From: Candidatus Onthoplasma sp.
GTDB lineage: Bacteria; Bacillota; Clostridia; Christensenellales; UBA1242
Assembly (NCBI GenBank): GCA_045598895.1
Contig: JAZRUZ010000016.1
Span: 1-57,296, forward strand
DNA: 57,296 nt
Direction: 5' to 3'
Positions 41,005 through 51,259 of this stretch are shown here, one piece after another (the stretch's first letter is position 1; every line of letters begins with the position of its first letter). A program made the translations under genes and the position numbers. The notes below the pieces were generated by a model. The model was not told the origin of the DNA. It ran no database searches and saw only the letters and a list, made by a program, of their open reading frames with translations.

Positions 41005-42197
41005 TATTTAGTCTCCTTGTGTTTACGAATTTTAAGTGAATAAGTTGATGAATATTCTCTCAATTCATTTACGCACTTTGTGATAATTGCTGTTGCTTTA
41101 TCAATCTCTTCATAGTTGTTATTTTTACCTAAACTAAACCTAATAGTACTTCTTGCTTCGTCGTTAGTAAGTCCAATTGCGGAAATAACGTGAGATACTG
41201 AAATGCTATTTGTAGAACATGCACTACCTGTACTAACAGCAACTCCATTAAGGTCGAGTTTTGTCGCCAAACTCTCTCCATCAACACCTGTAAAAGTTAT
41301 TGAAATAATGTGAGCCAATTTTTGGTGTGTGTTAGCATTAATTTGAATATTCTCAAGATTGCTAGATAATTTTTGAATAAAATACTCGCTTAATTCTTTA
41401 AGTTTAAAGTTGGTTGTTTGCATATCACGAGATACGATTTCAACTGCTTTACCAAAGCCTACAATGCCTGCTGTGTTAGAAGTACCACCACGTTTACCAC
41501 GTTCTTGATTTCCTCCAAAGACAATAGGATCAATTTTTACATTATTAGAAATGTATAAAGCACCTATTCCTTTAGGTCCGTTAATCTTATGTGCAGACAT
41601 ACTCATAGCGTCAATTCCAAGGTCTACGACATCTAATGACATGTGTCCTAAAAGTTGCACACAGTCAGTATGGAACACAATATCTCTCTCATGAGCAGTT
41701 TGTGATATAGCCTTAATGTTTTGAATAGTACCAAGTTCATTGTTCGCAGCCATAATGGAAATTAAAATAGTTGTTGAACGAATATTGTGCATAAGTTCTA
41801 CAAAATTAATGAAGCCGTTTTTATCGACATCAAGATATGTAACATCAAAACCATTTCTCTCTAAATATTTGCAAGCGTTAAGTATTGAAGGATGTTCAAT
41901 CTTACTAGTTATTATGTGATTACCTTTGCCTCTATTAGCATAAGCAATACCAATAATAGCCCAACTATTAGCCTCACTACCACTCGCTGTAAAATAAATC
42001 TCATTAGACTTTGCATTGATAAAATTAGCAATCGCATCTCTACTCTTGTCTACCAAACTTAAAGAATCTCTACCGAAAGAGTGAATTGAAGAAGAATTAC
42101 CAAAATTATCTGTCAAAACAGGCATCATTTCATTTAACACTTCAGCGTCCAAACTAGTAGTAGCAGCATTGTCTAAATATATTCTCTCGTTATCCAT
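41004..42197 (-). CDS. nifS: Cysteine desulfurase, NifS/IscS class
   Basis: 397 aa. PLP lysine in the context SMSAHKINGPKGIGALY and active-site loop STGSACS. GGAGAA Shine-Dalgarno. Confidence 0.92.
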   Translation of the reverse strand: MDNERIYLDNAATTSLDAEVLNEMMPVLTDNFGNSSSIHSFGRDSLSLVDKSRDAIANFINAKSNEIYFTASGSEANSWAIIGIAYANRGKGNHIITSKIEHPSILNACKYLERNGFDVTYLDVDKNGFINFVELMHNIRSTTILISIMAANNELGTIQNIKAISQTAHERDIVFHTDCVQLLGHMSLDVVDLGIDAMSMSAHKINGPKGIGALYISNNVKIDPIVFGGNQERGKRGGTSNTAGIVGFGKAVEIVSRDMQTTNFKLKELSEYFIQKLSSNLENIQINANTHQKLAHIISITFTGVDGESLATKLDLNGVAVSTGSACSTNSISVSHVISAIGLTNDEARSTIRFSLGKNNNYEEIDKATAIITKCVNELREYSSTYSLKIRKHKETK

Positions 42198-42212
42198 ATT
42201 TTCTCCGTTTTT

Positions 42213-42241
42213 ATGTTAGCACTTTTGCTTTTTTTTGTCAA
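42213..42241 (-). promoter_or_regulatory. Sigma-A type promoter of nifS and the iscU-like gene
   Basis: Minus strand TTGACA (42241..42236), 17 nt, TAACAT (42218..42213). Confidence 0.5.
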
Positions 42242-42261
42242 GTAAAAGTTAGTTTAGAAAT

Positions 42262-42283
42262 AAAAAAAGGCATCTCGCCTTTT
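42262..42283 (-). terminator. Terminator after the thioredoxin gene
   Basis: Minus strand AAGGC-gagat-GCCTT followed by TTTTTTT. Confidence 0.6.
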
Positions 42284-42285
42284 AA

Positions 42286-42612
42286 TTACAAATTAGAAAT
42301 GTCAACACTTTTGCACTTGTTTACAAAATCCATAATTTCGTCAGTTGGACATATTCCAACAAGACTATCAATCATTTTACCTTCACGGAAAGCAACTAAA
42401 GTAGGTACGCTAAAAATTCTATATCTTTTAGCAACTTCTTCGTTTTCATCAATATCAACTTGGAAGAAATTTACGTCGTCTAACTTATCACTAATTCTCT
42501 CTAAAATAGGTGTCAATGTTCTACAATGCATACACCATGTTGCCGAGAAGTCGATTATTGTCAAATTTTCATCATTAATAATCTCATCAAAATTAAAATT
42601 TGCTGAATCCAT
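42286..42612 (-). CDS. Thioredoxin-family protein with non-canonical CMHC active site
   Basis: 108 aa. FSATWCMHCRTLTPIL in place of WCGPC, cis-Pro region SVPTLVAF. Confidence 0.85.
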   Translation of the reverse strand: MDSANFNFDEIINDENLTIIDFSATWCMHCRTLTPILERISDKLDDVNFFQVDIDENEEVAKRYRIFSVPTLVAFREGKMIDSLVGICPTDEIMDFVNKCKSVDISNL

Positions 42613-42623
42613 ATTTTACCCCT

Positions 42624-43316
42624 TTAATTTTCAATTATGTCGTTAATCACCTTTGCAGTCATAACTGATGCCATATTCATTGTATAGTATATCACGCTAC
42701 CGATCATTTTGCAATCAAATTTCATTGCTTTTTGTTTAGTGTAACACACGTTTAACTTTTTTATGCCCTCTCTTTCACAAAACTTTCTTAAAATTTTTGC
42801 AATCGGATCATAACTCGTCTTTTTGATGTCTGCAATTTCAAAATTAGGAACACCTAGATACCTATTTCCAGCACCCATCGCTGAAAGTATAGAAATTTTT
42901 AGTTCGTCTGATGCCTTAATTAAAGACTTCTTTGCCTTAATATCGTCAATGCAATCAACAATATAATTATAGTTGGAAATATCAAATTTTGATATATTAG
43001 TTTCATCTAATTTTTCGTCAATAGTTTTAATGTTCAAATTTGGATTTATTTCTAACAATTGGCTCTTTAATTCGTCAACTTTCTTATTCCCAATATTAGT
43101 GTAATTTGATATAATTTGCCTATTTATGTTAGTTTCATCAATATTGTCAAAATCTACTATAGTTAAGTTAGAAATTCCACTTCTTACGAGCATATGAGCG
43201 ACTGAGCCACCAACTCCACCGACACCAAAAATGATAACACTAGCGTTAGTTAATTTTTCTTTTTCGCTAGTGTTTAACATCATTTCGAAACGAGATAAAA
43301 ATTTTAATTTCTTCAT
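42624..43316 (-). CDS. tcdA: tRNA threonylcarbamoyladenosine dehydratase (ThiF/MoeB-family E1-like, TcdA/CsdL)
   Basis: 230 aa. IFGVGGVGGSVAHMLVRSGISNLTIVDFDNIDETNINRQI aligns with E. coli YgdL. Also IVDCIDD, GAGN and YDPIAKILR segments. Confidence 0.85.
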   Translation of the reverse strand: MKKLKFLSRFEMMLNTSEKEKLTNASVIIFGVGGVGGSVAHMLVRSGISNLTIVDFDNIDETNINRQIISNYTNIGNKKVDELKSQLLEINPNLNIKTIDEKLDETNISKFDISNYNYIVDCIDDIKAKKSLIKASDELKISILSAMGAGNRYLGVPNFEIADIKKTSYDPIAKILRKFCEREGIKKLNVCYTKQKAMKFDCKMIGSVIYYTMNMASVMTAKVINDIIEN

Positions 43317-44624
43317 CTATAAAACGTATTTTTTAAAGTCGTGAGTTTGAATAATATCTTTCATAGCATTAACTACGAAAGGCTTATCAATCGTAACTTT
43401 TATCATTGGATTATCATCACTTGCATTGAACGAAATATCTTCAAGTAATAACTCCATAATAGTTTGAAGTCGTCTTGCACCAATGTTCTCATTAGTTTCA
43501 TTTTCGTCAGCAGCAAGTTCTGCGATTGCGTCAATTGCGTCATCGGTAAATTCCAAATCAATATTGTCTACTTTCAACAATTCTTTATATTGTGTTGTAA
43601 TTGCATTTTGAGGTATTGTCAAAATCTTTTTAAAGTCATCTTTATTCAAACTGTCGAGTTCAACTCTAATTGGAAAACGACCTTGAAGTTCAGGAATTAA
43701 GTCATTTATACTTGAAATATGGAACGCACCTGCTGCAATAAATAGTATATAATCAGTGTGAACTACTCCATATTTAGTATTGACAACACTTCCTTCAACA
43801 ATTGGTAAAATATCTCTTTGAACACCCTCACGAGATACATCTTGACCATTATTTTTCTTAGCGGCGATTTTATCTATCTCATCGATAAAGATAATACCTT
43901 CTTGTTCGGCTCTAAAAATTGCCTCTTTGTTTAAATTGTCGGAGTCAATTAATCTATCACATTCTTCTTCAAGTAACAACTCTCTAGCACGACCAACTTT
44001 CATCTTTTTCATCTTTCTAGGTGCTTTAATAACTCCGCCAAAAATTTGACCAATGTTTATTTCAGCGCCTAAGCCTTCCATAAGATTTAATTGTTTAGGT
44101 TGCTCTTGAACATCAATATCGATTAAATCATTATTGTATTCGCCTTTTTGATATTCAGCATAAAAATCTTCTCTAAATTTTTCAGTGTCAACTTCTTCTG
44201 GTTTTTGTGCCTTTTTAAGAGGGTAAAGAATATCAGTAATTTTTTTATCTACAACTTTAATTGCCCTATCTTTTATTTTATCAGTTTGTTCCTGCTTTAC
44301 AATTCTAACACTCGCTTCAACAAGGTCTCGAACCATACTCTCTACGTCACGACCAACATAACCAACTTCAGTGTATTTTGTTGCTTCTACTTTAACAAAT
44401 GGAGCATTGACGAGTTTAGCAAGTCTTCTTGCTATTTCAGTCTTACCAACACCGGTTGGTCCTTTTAAAATAATATTTTTAGGAGTAATTTCATCACTTA
44501 CAGATTTATCAAGTTTACTCCTTCTGTACCTGTTTCTAAGTGCGATAGCAACGGCTCGTTTTGCCTTTGATTGACCGATAATGTAATTATCTAAATTTTG
44601 AACGATTTCTTTACAAGTCATCAT
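43317..44624 (-). CDS. hslU: ATP-dependent protease ATPase subunit HslU
   Basis: 435 aa. Walker A GPTGVGKTEIARRLA and Walker B IIFIDEIDK. Follows hslV. Confidence 0.96.
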   Translation of the reverse strand: MMTCKEIVQNLDNYIIGQSKAKRAVAIALRNRYRRSKLDKSVSDEITPKNIILKGPTGVGKTEIARRLAKLVNAPFVKVEATKYTEVGYVGRDVESMVRDLVEASVRIVKQEQTDKIKDRAIKVVDKKITDILYPLKKAQKPEEVDTEKFREDFYAEYQKGEYNNDLIDIDVQEQPKQLNLMEGLGAEINIGQIFGGVIKAPRKMKKMKVGRARELLLEEECDRLIDSDNLNKEAIFRAEQEGIIFIDEIDKIAAKKNNGQDVSREGVQRDILPIVEGSVVNTKYGVVHTDYILFIAAGAFHISSINDLIPELQGRFPIRVELDSLNKDDFKKILTIPQNAITTQYKELLKVDNIDLEFTDDAIDAIAELAADENETNENIGARRLQTIMELLLEDISFNASDDNPMIKVTIDKPFVVNAMKDIIQTHDFKKYVL

Positions 44625-44625
44625 A

Positions 44626-45162
44626 CTACACTTCCTCCACTACGAAGTTTTTGTTTGTAAACACGCAAATATCAGATGCTATTTCCATTGACTTGATAGC
44701 AATATCTTTTGCTGACAATTCGGTATTTCTTACTAATGCTTTTGCAGCCGACAACGCATAGTTTCCACCACTACCTATAGCGCAAACTCCGTCATCAGGC
44801 TCAATAACGTCGCCCATACTTGTTAAAACTAAAAGTGTATCTTTGTCGGCAACTATCATAAGTGCTTCACTGCTTGCTTTTATTTCTCCTGCGCGAATTC
44901 CTTTTACATATTCGACAGCACTACGCATCAAACTTCCACTATACTTATTTAACATTTTTTCAAACTCTTCGCACATATAGAAAGCGTCAGCAGTGCCACC
45001 TGCAAAACCGACAACGACTTTGCCATCAAAAAGTCTACGTACTTTGTGTGCTGTACCTTTAAATATCACGCTTTGTCCCATTGTTACTTGTCCGTCGCCT
45101 GCAATAACTGTATGACCATCTTTTTTAACTGCGACAATTGTTGTTCCTCTAAATTGTTCCAT
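44626..45162 (-). CDS. hslV: ATP-dependent protease subunit HslV
   Basis: 178 aa. N-terminal GTTIVAVKKDG with the catalytic Thr region, and GSGGNYA. Confidence 0.95.
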   Translation of the reverse strand: MEQFRGTTIVAVKKDGHTVIAGDGQVTMGQSVIFKGTAHKVRRLFDGKVVVGFAGGTADAFYMCEEFEKMLNKYSGSLMRSAVEYVKGIRAGEIKASSEALMIVADKDTLLVLTSMGDVIEPDDGVCAIGSGGNYALSAAKALVRNTELSAKDIAIKSMEIASDICVFTNKNFVVEEV

Positions 45163-45178
45163 CTTTTCTCCTTAACTA

Positions 45179-45207
45179 ATTATAGCCTAAATTTTAAAAA
45201 TTGTCTA
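45179..45207 (-). promoter_or_regulatory. Sigma-A type promoter of hslVU overlapping the trmFO stop
   Basis: Minus strand TAGACA (45207..45202), 17 nt, TATAAT (45184..45179), followed by the AAGGAG Shine-Dalgarno. Confidence 0.55.
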
Positions 45208-46506
45208 ATCTAATTCCTTTAATTTTTCTTTTATCTCACTAATCGCTCTATCTCGATATTTTTCATTTCTAATAGTCTTGTTTTTCTCTTCAATTGGATT
45301 AAGTACACCAAAGTTAGCATTTATTGGTTGAAAATTCGTAGTATCAGCATTTACTAAATAGTTATACATACCACCAATAATAGTGTCAGCACTAAAAGAT
45401 ATTAGAGGTTTTCTTTCAATCATTCTTAAGGTATTTATAGCACAATATAAACCACTAGCAATGCTTTCAACATAGCCTTCCACACCACTTAATTGTCCTG
45501 CAATAAAAATGTTTTCATTATTTTTTAGTCGCGAATATTTATCTAAACATTTAGGAAAATTTACAAAATGGTTAGTATGCATTACACCGTAGCGCAAAAA
45601 TTCGGCGTTTTCAAGTCCTGGAATTAACCTAAACACGCGTTTTTGTTCAGGGAACATAAGGTTAGTTTGAAAGCCTACCATATTAAACATTGTAGCATTA
45701 TTGTTTTCTTTTCTAAGTTGCACAACCGCATAAGGTTTTTCATTTTTCTTAGGGTTAAAGATACCTACAGGTTTAAGTGGACCAAATCTTATAGCATCTT
45801 CGCCACGTTTTGCCATAATTTCAATAGGCATACAACTTTCGAAAATATTTTTCTTTTCAAAGTCGTGAAGTTCAACAGTCTGTGCATTTATGAGTTCTTT
45901 ATAAAAATGTAAATACTCATCTTTATTCATTGCACAATTTAAGTAATCAGCATCACCTTTGTCGTAACGGGACGCAAAAAATGCCTTATCGTAGTCAATA
46001 CTATCAGCTTGAATTATTGGAGCAGCAGCATCATAAAAATACAAAAAATCTGCGCCTATTATTTTCTTTAAGGCGTCGCACATAGGTTCGGTAGTAAGTG
46101 GTCCTGTTGCTACAATCGTGATAGCGTTTTCGTCAAAACTAGACACTTCGTCAGTGTGTAAAATAATGTTTTTATTATTCTTTAATTTCTCAGTAATTTT
46201 ACTAGAGAACAATTCTCTATCAACAGCAAGAGCCTGACCAGCAGGCACTTGAGTATCATATGCAGTCTTTAGTAATTCACAACCTAGAAGCTTTAGTTCC
46301 CTTTTAAAGACACCAGACGCAGTAGTGTCATCATCGCTTTTGAAAGAGTTACTACAAACAATTTCTGCATAGTCTTTTGAGTGATGTGCAGGCGTCATTT
46401 TGTCGCCTTTAATATCATATAGATCTACTATTAATCCGTGATTAGCAAGATACAAAGCACACTCACTACCTGCTAAGCCTGCCCCTATAACATTAATCTT
46501 TAACAT
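45205..46506 (-). CDS. trmFO: Methylenetetrahydrofolate--tRNA-(uracil-5-)-methyltransferase
   Basis: 433 aa. FAD motif VIGAGLAGSE. Conserved topA-trmFO-hslVU order. Confidence 0.94.
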   Translation of the reverse strand: MLKINVIGAGLAGSECALYLANHGLIVDLYDIKGDKMTPAHHSKDYAEIVCSNSFKSDDDTTASGVFKRELKLLGCELLKTAYDTQVPAGQALAVDRELFSSKITEKLKNNKNIILHTDEVSSFDENAITIVATGPLTTEPMCDALKKIIGADFLYFYDAAAPIIQADSIDYDKAFFASRYDKGDADYLNCAMNKDEYLHFYKELINAQTVELHDFEKKNIFESCMPIEIMAKRGEDAIRFGPLKPVGIFNPKKNEKPYAVVQLRKENNNATMFNMVGFQTNLMFPEQKRVFRLIPGLENAEFLRYGVMHTNHFVNFPKCLDKYSRLKNNENIFIAGQLSGVEGYVESIASGLYCAINTLRMIERKPLISFSADTIIGGMYNYLVNADTTNFQPINANFGVLNPIEEKNKTIRNEKYRDRAISEIKEKLKELD

Positions 46507-48571
46507 AAGTACAACCTTGATTGTTGCAAAGGATAGTTACTCCACCTTTTGCACTATATTTTTTGTATAGGTTAGAATTGCAAATTGGACATTTTTCATC
46601 AATTGGTAAATCCCACGAAATAAAGTCACAATTAGGATAATTGTCACAACCGAAGAAAAGTTTACCTTTCTTGCTATATTTTTGTGAAACTTGACCATGA
46701 CATTTAGGACAAACACCAACATCAATATTTGTATTAATTTTTTGATTTATATTTTTTGTGTTTTTGCATTGTGGGAAATTAGAACATGCGAGGAATCTAC
46801 CAAACTTTCCTTCTCTATACACCATATTAGCACCACACTTGTCACACTTCTCGTCGCTAATTTCTGGAGGTGGTTTAGGTAAACTTACGCCCATTTGCGT
46901 ACTAGCATATTTTAAATTCTCACTAAATCCTGTGTAAAACTTACTTACAATGTCTTGCCATTCTACTTTTCCAAGTTCTACTTCATCAAGTTGTTTCTCC
47001 ATATCGGCAGTAAACTTGATATTCATTACATCTTTAAAGTATTCTTCCAAATATTTTGTAACTTGGATACCAAGTTCAGTCGGATACAATGATTTCTTTT
47101 CGGTTGCTATATATTCTCTATTGAAAAGAGTTAAAATTGTAGCAGCATATGTCGCAGGACGACCAATACCTTGCACTTCCATCTCTTTAATAATACTATC
47201 TTGAGTAAAGCGCACAGGTGGCTTTGTAAACTTTTGTTCTGCTTCAATTTTTTCTTTAATTAAAGTTTCACCTTCAACGACATCAGGAAGATTTATTCCG
47301 TTTTTCTCGTCATCTTGAATTTTTTGCATACGAGTAAAACCGTCAAAAATGAGAGCCTTACCATTTGCTCTAAATTTGTAGTCATTAGCCACAGCATCTA
47401 TTGTTAAACTATCGTATTGAGCCATAGTCATTTGACTAGCGATAAAGCGCTTAAATACCAAGGTATAAAGTTTAAGATATTGTTCATCAATTTTACCTTG
47501 CAAATACTCTGGAGTGTATTTGAGGTTTACAGGCCTAATGGCTTCATGCGCATCTTGTGCGCCGTCTTTTGAAGCATATTCGTTATATTTTCCAGGGTGA
47601 TATTTTTCACCAAAATTAGATAGGATATAATCTTTAGCCATTGCTTGTGCTTCTGGACTAACACGTGTTGAGTCAGTACGAATATATGTTACAAGTGCAT
47701 TCTTTCCTTCGCCTTGAATCATGACTCCTTCATACAAAGACTGAGCACACTTAGTGTACGAACTTAAAGTAAAATTAAGTTTCTTGATTGCGTCTTGTTG
47801 AAGTGAACTAGTTGTGTATGGCGCAGGTGCTTTTGAATATGTAATTTGTCTTTTTACACTAGCAACCTTAAACTCAGCATTATCTACTTCACTTACAACT
47901 TTATCAGCAGTCTCTTTATTAGGAATTTCAATTTTCTTATCTTTATATTGAACTAATTCAAGTTTAAATTTCTTGTCATCTTTCTTTAGTTCAGCATGGA
48001 TATTCCAATATTCTTCAGGCACAAAGGTATTAATCGCTTCTTCTCTATCTACAATAAGTTTAAGTGTAACTGATTGAACACGACCTGCACTCAATTTATT
48101 TCTAATTTTCTTAGAAAGAAGTGGACTCAACTCGTAGCCCATAATTCTATCTAAAACACGTCTGCCTTGTTGAGCATTGACTAAATCAATGTTTAAAGGT
48201 TGTGGATTAGATATGCTTTCTAATATTGCACTCTTTGTTATAGCATTAAATGCTGTACGAACTTTTGCATCCTTATCTAAATCAAGAATTGTCGCCAAAT
48301 GCCAAGCAATCGCTTCTCCCTCTCTATCCGGGTCGGTCGCAAGATAAATAGCATCTGCTTCTTTTGCTTTTTTCTTAAGTTCAGCAACAACATTCTTCTT
48401 ATCTGGTATTATTTCATAAGTAGGTTCAAAATTCTTTTTTACATTTATCGCAAAACTTTTAGCAGGCAAGTCTCTAATATGACCCATAGTTGGAAATACA
48501 ACATAATCATCTCCAAGATATTTTTCAATTGTGGCTTTTTTACCTGGGCTTTCGATAAATACTAACTTCAT
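46493..48571 (-). CDS. topA: DNA topoisomerase I
   Basis: 692 aa. TOPRIM N-terminus (LVFIESPGKK, DPDREGE), YIRTDS active-site Tyr region, and C-terminal Cys4 zinc ribbons. Confidence 0.97.
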   Translation of the reverse strand: MKLVFIESPGKKATIEKYLGDDYVVFPTMGHIRDLPAKSFAINVKKNFEPTYEIIPDKKNVVAELKKKAKEADAIYLATDPDREGEAIAWHLATILDLDKDAKVRTAFNAITKSAILESISNPQPLNIDLVNAQQGRRVLDRIMGYELSPLLSKKIRNKLSAGRVQSVTLKLIVDREEAINTFVPEEYWNIHAELKKDDKKFKLELVQYKDKKIEIPNKETADKVVSEVDNAEFKVASVKRQITYSKAPAPYTTSSLQQDAIKKLNFTLSSYTKCAQSLYEGVMIQGEGKNALVTYIRTDSTRVSPEAQAMAKDYILSNFGEKYHPGKYNEYASKDGAQDAHEAIRPVNLKYTPEYLQGKIDEQYLKLYTLVFKRFIASQMTMAQYDSLTIDAVANDYKFRANGKALIFDGFTRMQKIQDDEKNGINLPDVVEGETLIKEKIEAEQKFTKPPVRFTQDSIIKEMEVQGIGRPATYAATILTLFNREYIATEKKSLYPTELGIQVTKYLEEYFKDVMNIKFTADMEKQLDEVELGKVEWQDIVSKFYTGFSENLKYASTQMGVSLPKPPPEISDEKCDKCGANMVYREGKFGRFLACSNFPQCKNTKNINQKINTNIDVGVCPKCHGQVSQKYSKKGKLFFGCDNYPNCDFISWDLPIDEKCPICNSNLYKKYSAKGGVTILCNNQGCTYVKD

Positions 48572-48596
48572 TTCTTCTCCTAACTCTTACTTAAAT

Positions 48597-49679
48597 CTAT
48601 GACATTATATAACTATTGTTAGGAAGTTTAGTAACAATTCCGTTCATTTCTAACTCTAACAATAAGGAATTTAGTTCGCTGGCAGTTTTACCTGTAAGAT
48701 CTATTAATTCCTGAAATGTCTTTTTTTCCGTCTTGATAAAGGATAATACATCTTGAGTAGAAATGTCAAGTTGAATTTCTAAATTTTCTTCATTATTTTT
48801 TTTATTGATGTGAAAATTGTCTAAAACATCATCAGGATCAAGAGTAATCACACCTTGCATTTCCTTAATCATCATATTTGTTCCCTTTGACATAGGTGAA
48901 TTTATTCTTCCAGGGACAACAAATACATCTCTATTATTTTCAATTGCGTAATTATAAGTATGCAATGCGCCACTCTTTTCGCCGGCCTCTGTAATTAATA
49001 CACCACAACTAAGTCCTGCTATAATTCTATTCCTTATAGGGAACATAAATGCTTGTGGAACGACATTTGGATTGTTTTCGCTTAAAATTAAATTGTTTTC
49101 AGTTATTTGTTTCGCTAGTTGATGATTAACAGCCGGATATACATGATTTAGACCTCCTGCCAACACAGCAATCGTGTTTCCACCTTCTTCCAAAGCAGTT
49201 TTATGCGCAATAGTGTCAACTCCACTAGCCAATCCTGACACAATAGTTATATCGTTTTTAGCAAAAGTTTTTGCATACTGTTTTGTAACAACAACTCCAT
49301 AATCAGTAGGTCGTCTAGTGCCAACAATACCCAAACAAAAACTATCAAGTAAACTTAAATTGCCTTTACAATATAAACAAATTGGTGGTGCTTTGATTTC
49401 CTTTAATAAATATGGATAGTTTTCGCTAAAATATGTAATACACTTTATTCCTTGTGACTCATATTCGTTCAATTTCAAGTCTAAAAATTTATCTTCTAGG
49501 CAAAGTGCCATTTTGTTAAATTCTTCATTAGATAAAATTTCTCTTATTTTATCATTTTTTAAAAAATCTTTTCTAAGGTCTTTTCCTTTAGAAATAGTGT
49601 TTAATAATTGGAATTTCTTTTGTAATGAAAGATTTTCAAATAAATCTAACCAAATTATATTTTTCTCATCTATTGTCAT
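48597..49679 (-). CDS. dprA: DNA-processing protein DprA (Smf)
   Basis: 360 aa. Rossmann-like core GLASGVDTIAHKTAL and a C-terminal winged-helix region. Lies upstream of topA. Confidence 0.92.
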   Translation of the reverse strand: MTIDEKNIIWLDLFENLSLQKKFQLLNTISKGKDLRKDFLKNDKIREILSNEEFNKMALCLEDKFLDLKLNEYESQGIKCITYFSENYPYLLKEIKAPPICLYCKGNLSLLDSFCLGIVGTRRPTDYGVVVTKQYAKTFAKNDITIVSGLASGVDTIAHKTALEEGGNTIAVLAGGLNHVYPAVNHQLAKQITENNLILSENNPNVVPQAFMFPIRNRIIAGLSCGVLITEAGEKSGALHTYNYAIENNRDVFVVPGRINSPMSKGTNMMIKEMQGVITLDPDDVLDNFHINKKNNEENLEIQLDISTQDVLSFIKTEKKTFQELIDLTGKTASELNSLLLELEMNGIVTKLPNNSYIMS

Positions 49680-49680
49680 T

Positions 49681-51213
49681 TTACACCGAATATTTTTTAT
49701 CTAACGAACGGTAACTAATTGCTTCCAACAAATGATTTTTTTCTATATTTTCACTTCCATCTAGGTCAGCAATAGTTCTCGCTACTTTTAAAATTCTATT
49801 ATATGCGCGCGCTGATAAATTAAGTTTTGTAAATGCAATTTCTAGTAAATCGTTACATTCTTTACTGAGTTTACAATTATCTTTAAATTCTTTTTCTCCC
49901 ATTTGTGCATTTGAGTAAATTCCACTATTTTCAAATCTCTTTAATTGAATATCACGTGCCTTATTTACTCGCTCTTTAATAGAACTACTTGGCTCTTCAA
50001 GCGTCCTATCAGTAAGTTCATTATAATCTACGCTATCGACTTCTATATGCATATCAATTCTATCCATTAGTGGACCACTTATTTTAGATAAATATTTGTG
50101 AATAGCACTTGGAGTACATTTACAAACATTAGTCGAACTTCCGTAATAGCCACAAGGACATGGATTCATACTAGCAACTAAAATAAAGTTCGCAGGATAT
50201 CTTACAGTTAAAGCATTTCTAGCTACTGTTATAAAACCATCTTCCATAGGTTGACGAAGGGTTTCAATTGTGTTTCGTTGATACTCTGGCATCTCATCTA
50301 AAAACAGCACTCCATTATGCGCTAGACTAATTTCACCTGGTTTTGCTTTCGCTCCACCACCTGTAAGCGCAATCAAAGTCGAAGTGTGATGTGGGCTTCT
50401 AAAAGGACGTTCTACTACAATTCCCTTTTTAGAATCAAGCACACCAGCAACTGAGTGAATCTTTGTAACTTCCAAACTCTCTTCAAAAGTCAAATCAGGA
50501 AGAATAGACGGAAAACATTTTGCCAGCATTGTTTTACCTGCTCCAGGTGGTCCTATTAACAAGATATTATGTCCACCGGCCGCCGCAATCTCCATCGCTC
50601 TCTTTGCGCTTGCTTGACCCTTTACATACTTAAAATCATGTTTAAAATTATGTTCTTTTAATTTTGACTCAAAAGTTTGATTATCTACTCTTTTAACCTG
50701 TATTTCATTATTCAAAAAACTTACTACTTCTTTTAATGTAGTTAGAGCATAAACATCGATTCCGTCTATAAAAGATGCCTCTTCTGCATTCTCTTTAGGT
50801 ATAATAAATTTTGTGTATCCCATTTGTTTTGCAGTGATAAGCATAGGTAATATTCCATTTAATTTCCTAATATCACCATCAAGACTCAATTCGCCTAAAA
50901 TTACAAAATCTTTTATACTGTTGTTATTTACGACTCCTTCTGTAACTAAAATACCAAGTGCAATTGGAAGGTCATACATACTACCTTCTTTTTTAGTGTC
51001 AGCAGGCGCTAGATTAATAATGATTTTATTAATAGGATAATTGAAAGTACTGTTCTTTACTGCAGACTTAACTCTTTCCTTACTTTCTTTAATCGCAGTA
51101 TCAGCAAGACCAACCACCTCATATCCAGGAAGGCCAGCATTGACATCAATTTCAATGTCAACCGGATAACCACTTATTCCATTTAAACCAAACGATAAAA
51201 TTTTCGCTAGCAT
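49681..51213 (-). CDS. comM: YifB/ComM family Mg-chelatase-like AAA+ ATPase
   Basis: 510 aa from MLAKILSFGLNG. Walker A GPPGAGKTMLA. AAGGAG lies upstream of ATG 51213. The promoter lies inside the longer ORF-track extension. Confidence 0.92.
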   Translation of the reverse strand: MLAKILSFGLNGISGYPVDIEIDVNAGLPGYEVVGLADTAIKESKERVKSAVKNSTFNYPINKIIINLAPADTKKEGSMYDLPIALGILVTEGVVNNNSIKDFVILGELSLDGDIRKLNGILPMLITAKQMGYTKFIIPKENAEEASFIDGIDVYALTTLKEVVSFLNNEIQVKRVDNQTFESKLKEHNFKHDFKYVKGQASAKRAMEIAAAGGHNILLIGPPGAGKTMLAKCFPSILPDLTFEESLEVTKIHSVAGVLDSKKGIVVERPFRSPHHTSTLIALTGGGAKAKPGEISLAHNGVLFLDEMPEYQRNTIETLRQPMEDGFITVARNALTVRYPANFILVASMNPCPCGYYGSSTNVCKCTPSAIHKYLSKISGPLMDRIDMHIEVDSVDYNELTDRTLEEPSSSIKERVNKARDIQLKRFENSGIYSNAQMGEKEFKDNCKLSKECNDLLEIAFTKLNLSARAYNRILKVARTIADLDGSENIEKNHLLEAISYRSLDKKYSV

Positions 51214-51230
51214 TTTTTCTCCTTGTAATG

Positions 51231-51259
51231 AATTTACAATATTTACCATATTTTGTCAA
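51231..51259 (-). promoter_or_regulatory. Sigma-A type promoter of comM-dprA
   Basis: Minus strand TTGACA (51259..51254), 17 nt, TAAATT (51236..51231). Confidence 0.5.
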
